IMG/VR virus record: IMGVR_UViG_3300017748_000009
Location: 1-57,294 of that record
DNA length: 57,294 nt
Reading direction: 5' to 3' (one strand)
From: a virus
Taxonomy: Duplodnaviria; Caudoviricetes
In this document: piece by piece, positions 53,898 to 57,294 of the stretch
Layout of the letters: every line of letters begins with the position of its first letter
Numbering within the stretch: position 1 is the stretch's first letter
Made by a program: the position numbers and the translations under genes
Notes under the pieces: generated by a model
Database searches by the model: none
Told to the model about the DNA's origin: nothing
What the model saw: the letters and a program-made list of their open reading frames with translations, nothing else

Positions 53898-54656
53898 CTA
53901 TATAACTTGTTTAAGATAGTGAAGGTCAACATCTTTAGTTTTATTTTCTCCAAAGAATTCTTTGTAAACCTTAAGAGCTTGTTCCACTTTGTAAGCACCC
54001 CTTTCGTAACTCTCGTCAGATAATTCATACATTCCCAACACTTGTGTAGACTTATCAATAACAAGAAACAAAATAGGCTTACCAAAAAGCTCACGATAAA
54101 TATAACCTTGTGAATCATAATTGTAATTATAAATACTGTTTTTAAATTTCATAATGTCACCACTTGTCTTTAAGTCAATAACATAATCTTTATGAACTAT
54201 ATCAGCCTTCCCTTTCCACAATGCACCACCATCGAACTCTCCTATGTTTTTGACACTTGGAACTTCAAATTGGTTTTCTGCATCCTGTATAAGTTCGTAG
54301 AAATCTAGATGACTGAGCATAGTATCGCACCATTTATCTACCTGTATCTTTTCAGACTCAAGCATTGCATAAGGCACTAAATTATCAGCACAAAATTCCT
54401 TATATGCTTTGGAATTTCTGCTATTAACATTCGCTATAAGAAAATCTTTTACTTTTTCAGGCTCAAGTATTTTACAATGAAAGTATCTTCCTAATATAAA
54501 TTCTTTTCTATCAGGCTGAGGAACACCAAACATTTTTGGGTTTTTCAGTAAGGTACTAATATCGGAATTACTTATAAATTGCTTACCAATTCCTGAGTAA
54601 TATTCTGTATCAGATTTAAGAAGATTAATTACTTTTTTAGTTACTTTTTTCTCCAT
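53898..54656 (-). CDS. RecE/ExoVIII-like PD-(D/E)xK exonuclease
   Basis: ISNS, G..FH..ILEP, KGKAD..IDLKT and Y..Q..IY motifs. Confidence 0.85.
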   Translation of the reverse strand: MEKKVTKKVINLLKSDTEYYSGIGKQFISNSDISTLLKNPKMFGVPQPDRKEFILGRYFHCKILEPEKVKDFLIANVNSRNSKAYKEFCADNLVPYAMLESEKIQVDKWCDTMLSHLDFYELIQDAENQFEVPSVKNIGEFDGGALWKGKADIVHKDYVIDLKTSGDIMKFKNSIYNYNYDSQGYIYRELFGKPILFLVIDKSTQVLGMYELSDESYERGAYKVEQALKVYKEFFGENKTKDVDLHYLKQVI

Positions 54657-55182
54657 CCTGTAGTGTTTTCTTTATTTGGTTTTTAACTTTTGTAGTTACG
54701 TTATATTTTTTAGATATATTGTTTATTATCCATTCAAGCCCCTGAGATTTATTAGATGCTACATATCTTAATACGTCTGTCATCTTTTCATCATTTAGTT
54801 CCATCAAAACCTGTTTAGAAGTAGTCGTGTCACTATGTGTTTGGTTTGCAATAGCATTTTTAACCTCATCTGCTGTTGCTACGGAACTTTCAATACCTAT
54901 TCCAAAATTACCCAATGCTCTACCCCAAGCTGATGTCTCGCAGTTCTCTACATAGGATGTTTTGTTTATGAAGGTACTACCTTTTTCTTCTTCGGCTAAT
55001 CCTGTTGCTAAGACAACTCCATCATTTATTATTTTTGCTTGAATCAAAATAGATGTATCTGTTTTTTCTATAACTTCAGATACTAATGAAAAATTTGGAT
55101 AATTTTTACGAAAATATATTAATCTTTCGTTTACTTCGACATACTGTCTGCCTTTAATGTTTACTGTTTTTAATTTAGTCAT
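54637..55182 (-). CDS. ssDNA annealing protein (Rad52/Sak-like)
   Basis: KGRQYVEV.ER and ENCETSAWGRAL..FGIG motifs. Confidence 0.75.
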   Translation of the reverse strand: MTKLKTVNIKGRQYVEVNERLIYFRKNYPNFSLVSEVIEKTDTSILIQAKIINDGVVLATGLAEEEKGSTFINKTSYVENCETSAWGRALGNFGIGIESSVATADEVKNAIANQTHSDTTTSKQVLMELNDEKMTDVLRYVASNKSQGLEWIINNISKKYNVTTKVKNQIKKTLQDGEKSN

Positions 55183-55579
55183 TTTTTATTTTATTTAATT
55201 TATTACTAATATAATTGTATTTACTTAACACTCTAATTCGTGCTGTTTTTAACGATTGAATTTGTTTGGGATTTCTTTTGGTGTTTACTTCGTTTCTCAT
55301 AGACACTTCTATTTTATTTAATCTGTGCTTACAATTTTCCAAAGCTATTTTATATACACCATATCTCCATCCACCTTCAAAAAAATAATTTAATTCGTTA
55401 GTTAATTCTTCATAATAATCACCACCTCGTGTAGTATTATATATGATAATATCATTTGATTTAGTGTCGTGGACTATTTTAATTCCAAACAATGTACGTG
55501 CAGAATAATTTTTCCCATCTAATGCACAGGCATAATTATCATTCTTAGCCTCAAACCAAATATGCTCTAACCCTATCAA
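55175..55579 (-). CDS. Hypothetical protein
   Basis: 134-aa ORF in the operon. Confidence 0.65.
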   Translation of the reverse strand: MIGLEHIWFEAKNDNYACALDGKNYSARTLFGIKIVHDTKSNDIIIYNTTRGGDYYEELTNELNYFFEGGWRYGVYKIALENCKHRLNKIEVSMRNEVNTKRNPKQIQSLKTARIRVLSKYNYISNKLNKIKND

Positions 55580-55878
55580 ACTACTTCATTAACATTTAAG
55601 TTTTGAAGAACCTGTTTATAATCTTGGTCGGTTTCTGATAACTCTTTAACCATTTGTATGCCATGGATAATACTTGAATGTCCTATCTCGTAACCTCTAC
55701 CATGCATAAAGTTTTGAATATACTTTAGCTTCATAGGTCTGTGATAGCACAGATAATATATTAAATGCCTTGCATCCACGACCTCTCTTTTCTTTGACTT
55801 CTCAAAGATTTCATGTTCGTGTAAATTAAACAGGACGGCTACCTGTTCAACATATGCATCAAAGATTTTTACTTTCAT
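55576..55878 (-). CDS. Second DnaA C-terminal-like HTH protein
   Basis: KSKKREVVDARH..YYLC...GHSSIIHG. Confidence 0.75.
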   Translation of the reverse strand: MKVKIFDAYVEQVAVLFNLHEHEIFEKSKKREVVDARHLIYYLCYHRPMKLKYIQNFMHGRGYEIGHSSIIHGIQMVKELSETDQDYKQVLQNLNVNEVV

Positions 55879-55973
55879 GATTTTATTTTATTTATAACAT
55901 TATTACTACCATGCCAAACAATATAGCCATACTAATGACGACTATAAATATAGCTTGTTCTAACTCTTGATTA

Positions 55974-56189
55974 TTATTCAATTTTATTTATTAATTTAGT
56001 TGGCTCACCAATAGGAGTAGTACCTAACTCTTCGCAATCACAATCATCTTCAATATTCTCTTCCCTCTCTAAATCATCAAGCCATGGGTCTACATTTTTT
56101 GCTATATAGTCAGGGATGTGGTCAACGTAGTTATCGGTACCATCGTTCCATTTAATTTGAATTGTCCAATGGGTTATTATTTTTTTCAT
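55974..56189 (-). CDS. Small acidic hypothetical protein
   Basis: 71-aa ORF. Confidence 0.65.
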   Translation of the reverse strand: MKKIITHWTIQIKWNDGTDNYVDHIPDYIAKNVDPWLDDLEREENIEDDCDCEELGTTPIGEPTKLINKIE

Positions 56190-56480
56190 CTAAATATATT
56201 TTACTATGTCAGAAACCTTAACATACCAATGCCCATCTTTTAGCAATCTCTTGCACTCATTCCAAAATGTAGGTTTCTTTCTTAGGAAACCTAATTCCAT
56301 TCCTATATTAAGTTTTAAATTGATGGCTTCAAAGAGTTCGTCTTTACTCTCAATTAGAGACTCGGTATCATCGTCATATAAAACATATAATTCAACGGCT
56401 CCTGAGTCGTATAAAGCCTCGGCTTTGTCGGTGACAATCCACCAACTAAAACCATCGGATAAGGTGTGTAATCTATTCAT
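56190..56480 (-). CDS. Hypothetical protein
   Basis: 96-aa ORF after a promoter. Confidence 0.7.
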   Translation of the reverse strand: MNRLHTLSDGFSWWIVTDKAEALYDSGAVELYVLYDDDTESLIESKDELFEAINLKLNIGMELGFLRKKPTFWNECKRLLKDGHWYVKVSDIVKYI

Positions 56481-56502
56481 AGTGTTTTAATATTAAGTTA
56501 GA

Positions 56503-56534
56503 CAAACTTACAAAATTATTTAGACAAATCCAAA
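56503..56534 (-). promoter_or_regulatory. Bacteroidota sigma70-type promoter
   Basis: TTTG-N20-TAAGTTTG on the minus strand; TAGACAAA repeated at 56499 and 56521. Confidence 0.75.
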
Positions 56535-56830
56535 TTGTTATATTGGTTTATAAATTCTACTACTGCATTGTATGTTGCATCTAATTTGCTATCTCCAATC
56601 ATCTCAATAATATCATCCATTGATTCTGCATCAAATATGTTAACAAAATGTTGTTCTATTCTGAAATTATATAGATGTCCTCTCATTAAATCTCCATCCT
56701 CTCCGCCTTCAAAACTCTCTATCTTCTCCACTACAGGCATTAGCCAATCCCAAGATTTGTGGTATTGCATTTGATTGATAGGCATTGTTTCTTCAAACAT
56801 AAAATTTGCTATAAGTTTATTTTCTTTCAT
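56516..56830 (-). CDS. Hypothetical phage protein
   Basis: NKLIA.FM...YH.SWDWLMPVVEKIE...YNAVVEFI. Confidence 0.75.
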   Translation of the reverse strand: MKENKLIANFMFEETMPINQMQYHKSWDWLMPVVEKIESFEGGEDGDLMRGHLYNFRIEQHFVNIFDAESMDDIIEMIGDSKLDATYNAVVEFINQYNNLDLSK

Positions 56831-56982
56831 AATCCTAAGTTTAATTTATAATCATTAGCTACTTTCTTGAGTAGTATTTCTGTGTAGTGCTTTTTATCTG
56901 TTGACATTTCTTCAACAAAACCTTGTACGTGCAGGTATTCTATGGCTTCCATACAATCCTCTTTTGTTACTTTATTTATCAT
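56827..56982 (-). CDS. Small hypothetical protein (51 aa)
   Basis: MINKVTKEDCMEAIEYLHVQGFVEEMSTDKKHYTEILLKKVANDYKLNLGL; ATGA-coupled. Confidence 0.65.
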   Translation of the reverse strand: MINKVTKEDCMEAIEYLHVQGFVEEMSTDKKHYTEILLKKVANDYKLNLGL

Positions 56983-57000
56983 AATATTTAATTTAAACTG

Positions 57001-57294
57001 TTATAAATGTCCCCCTGTTTTTAATTGTGGACAATCATATCTCCATTCGCTATCTGACTCTGCTTCATCCATTCCTTTAAAATCATACAGACCTGTGCCA
57101 TGCACATACTCTGCTTTACTCATAGCTTCATCAATCTTGGTATCATAAAGGAAACATCTATCTTGTAGAAAATCAAGCAAGGTGGTATACTTCCCATGCT
57201 CAAGTTTGTAATGCTCAAACTCATCCTTGTCGACTTCTATTTCTACCTCAGCAAATTTGTGGTAGACACTTCGGTTTTGAATTTTTACTTTCAT
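57001..57294 (-). CDS. Hypothetical early protein
   Basis: 97-aa ORF ending GGHL; its start is duplicated at 121-123. Confidence 0.75.
   Translation of the reverse strand: MKVKIQNRSVYHKFAEVEIEVDKDEFEHYKLEHGKYTTLLDFLQDRCFLYDTKIDEAMSKAEYVHGTGLYDFKGMDEAESDSEWRYDCPQLKTGGHL
57172..57294. repeat. Terminal direct repeat, copy 2
   Basis: Identical to 1-123. Confidence 0.95.

Noticed and set aside
53753-54118. 121-aa ORF overlapping the exonuclease
   Set aside because: Most of it overlaps the exonuclease out of frame; only the distal part (about 53753-53932) may be a real small gene.
1-57294. CRISPR array, tRNAs, integrase, DGR, DNA polymerase, stop-codon reassignment
   Set aside because: None recognised; genes tile the genome densely in the standard code and all three stop codons are used.

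Overview
The window is an apparently complete 57,171-bp lytic podovirus-type phage genome. Bases 1-123 are identical to 57172-57294, which indicates a circular assembly. The host is probably Bacteroidota (likely marine Flavobacteriales), judged from many TAnnTTTG/TTTG promoters and BT4734/VirE-like replication genes. Layout: (i) a minus-strand early and replication arm (4743 to 1, wrapping to 57294 and on to 47034) with ArdC, many small acidic ORFs, SSAP, RecE-like exonuclease, SSB, primase-helicase, SNF2 helicase, nucleases and two DnaA-C-like HTH proteins; (ii) a plus-strand arm (5236-47037) with GroEL/GroES, a long run of tiny Lys-rich ORFs, a SET-domain methyltransferase inside the lysis cassette, tail fibre, terminase, portal, scaffold, capsid, tail and three internal/ejection proteins. 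Main finding: four complete, canonical hammerhead ribozymes (two type III, two type I) lie on the coding strand exactly between early genes. They would cut the early polycistronic mRNA into separate units without any protein. The type III copies each have an extra GAAA hairpin that would cap the upstream fragment. Secondary leads: a SET methyltransferase coupled to a Lys-rich peptide gene, a beta-signal-like mini-protein between groEL and groES, a tandem GroES-like protein, a possible A10 slippage site in the giant virion protein, and region-specific avoidance of short motifs. Protein calls come from motif recognition by eye; no database searches were run.
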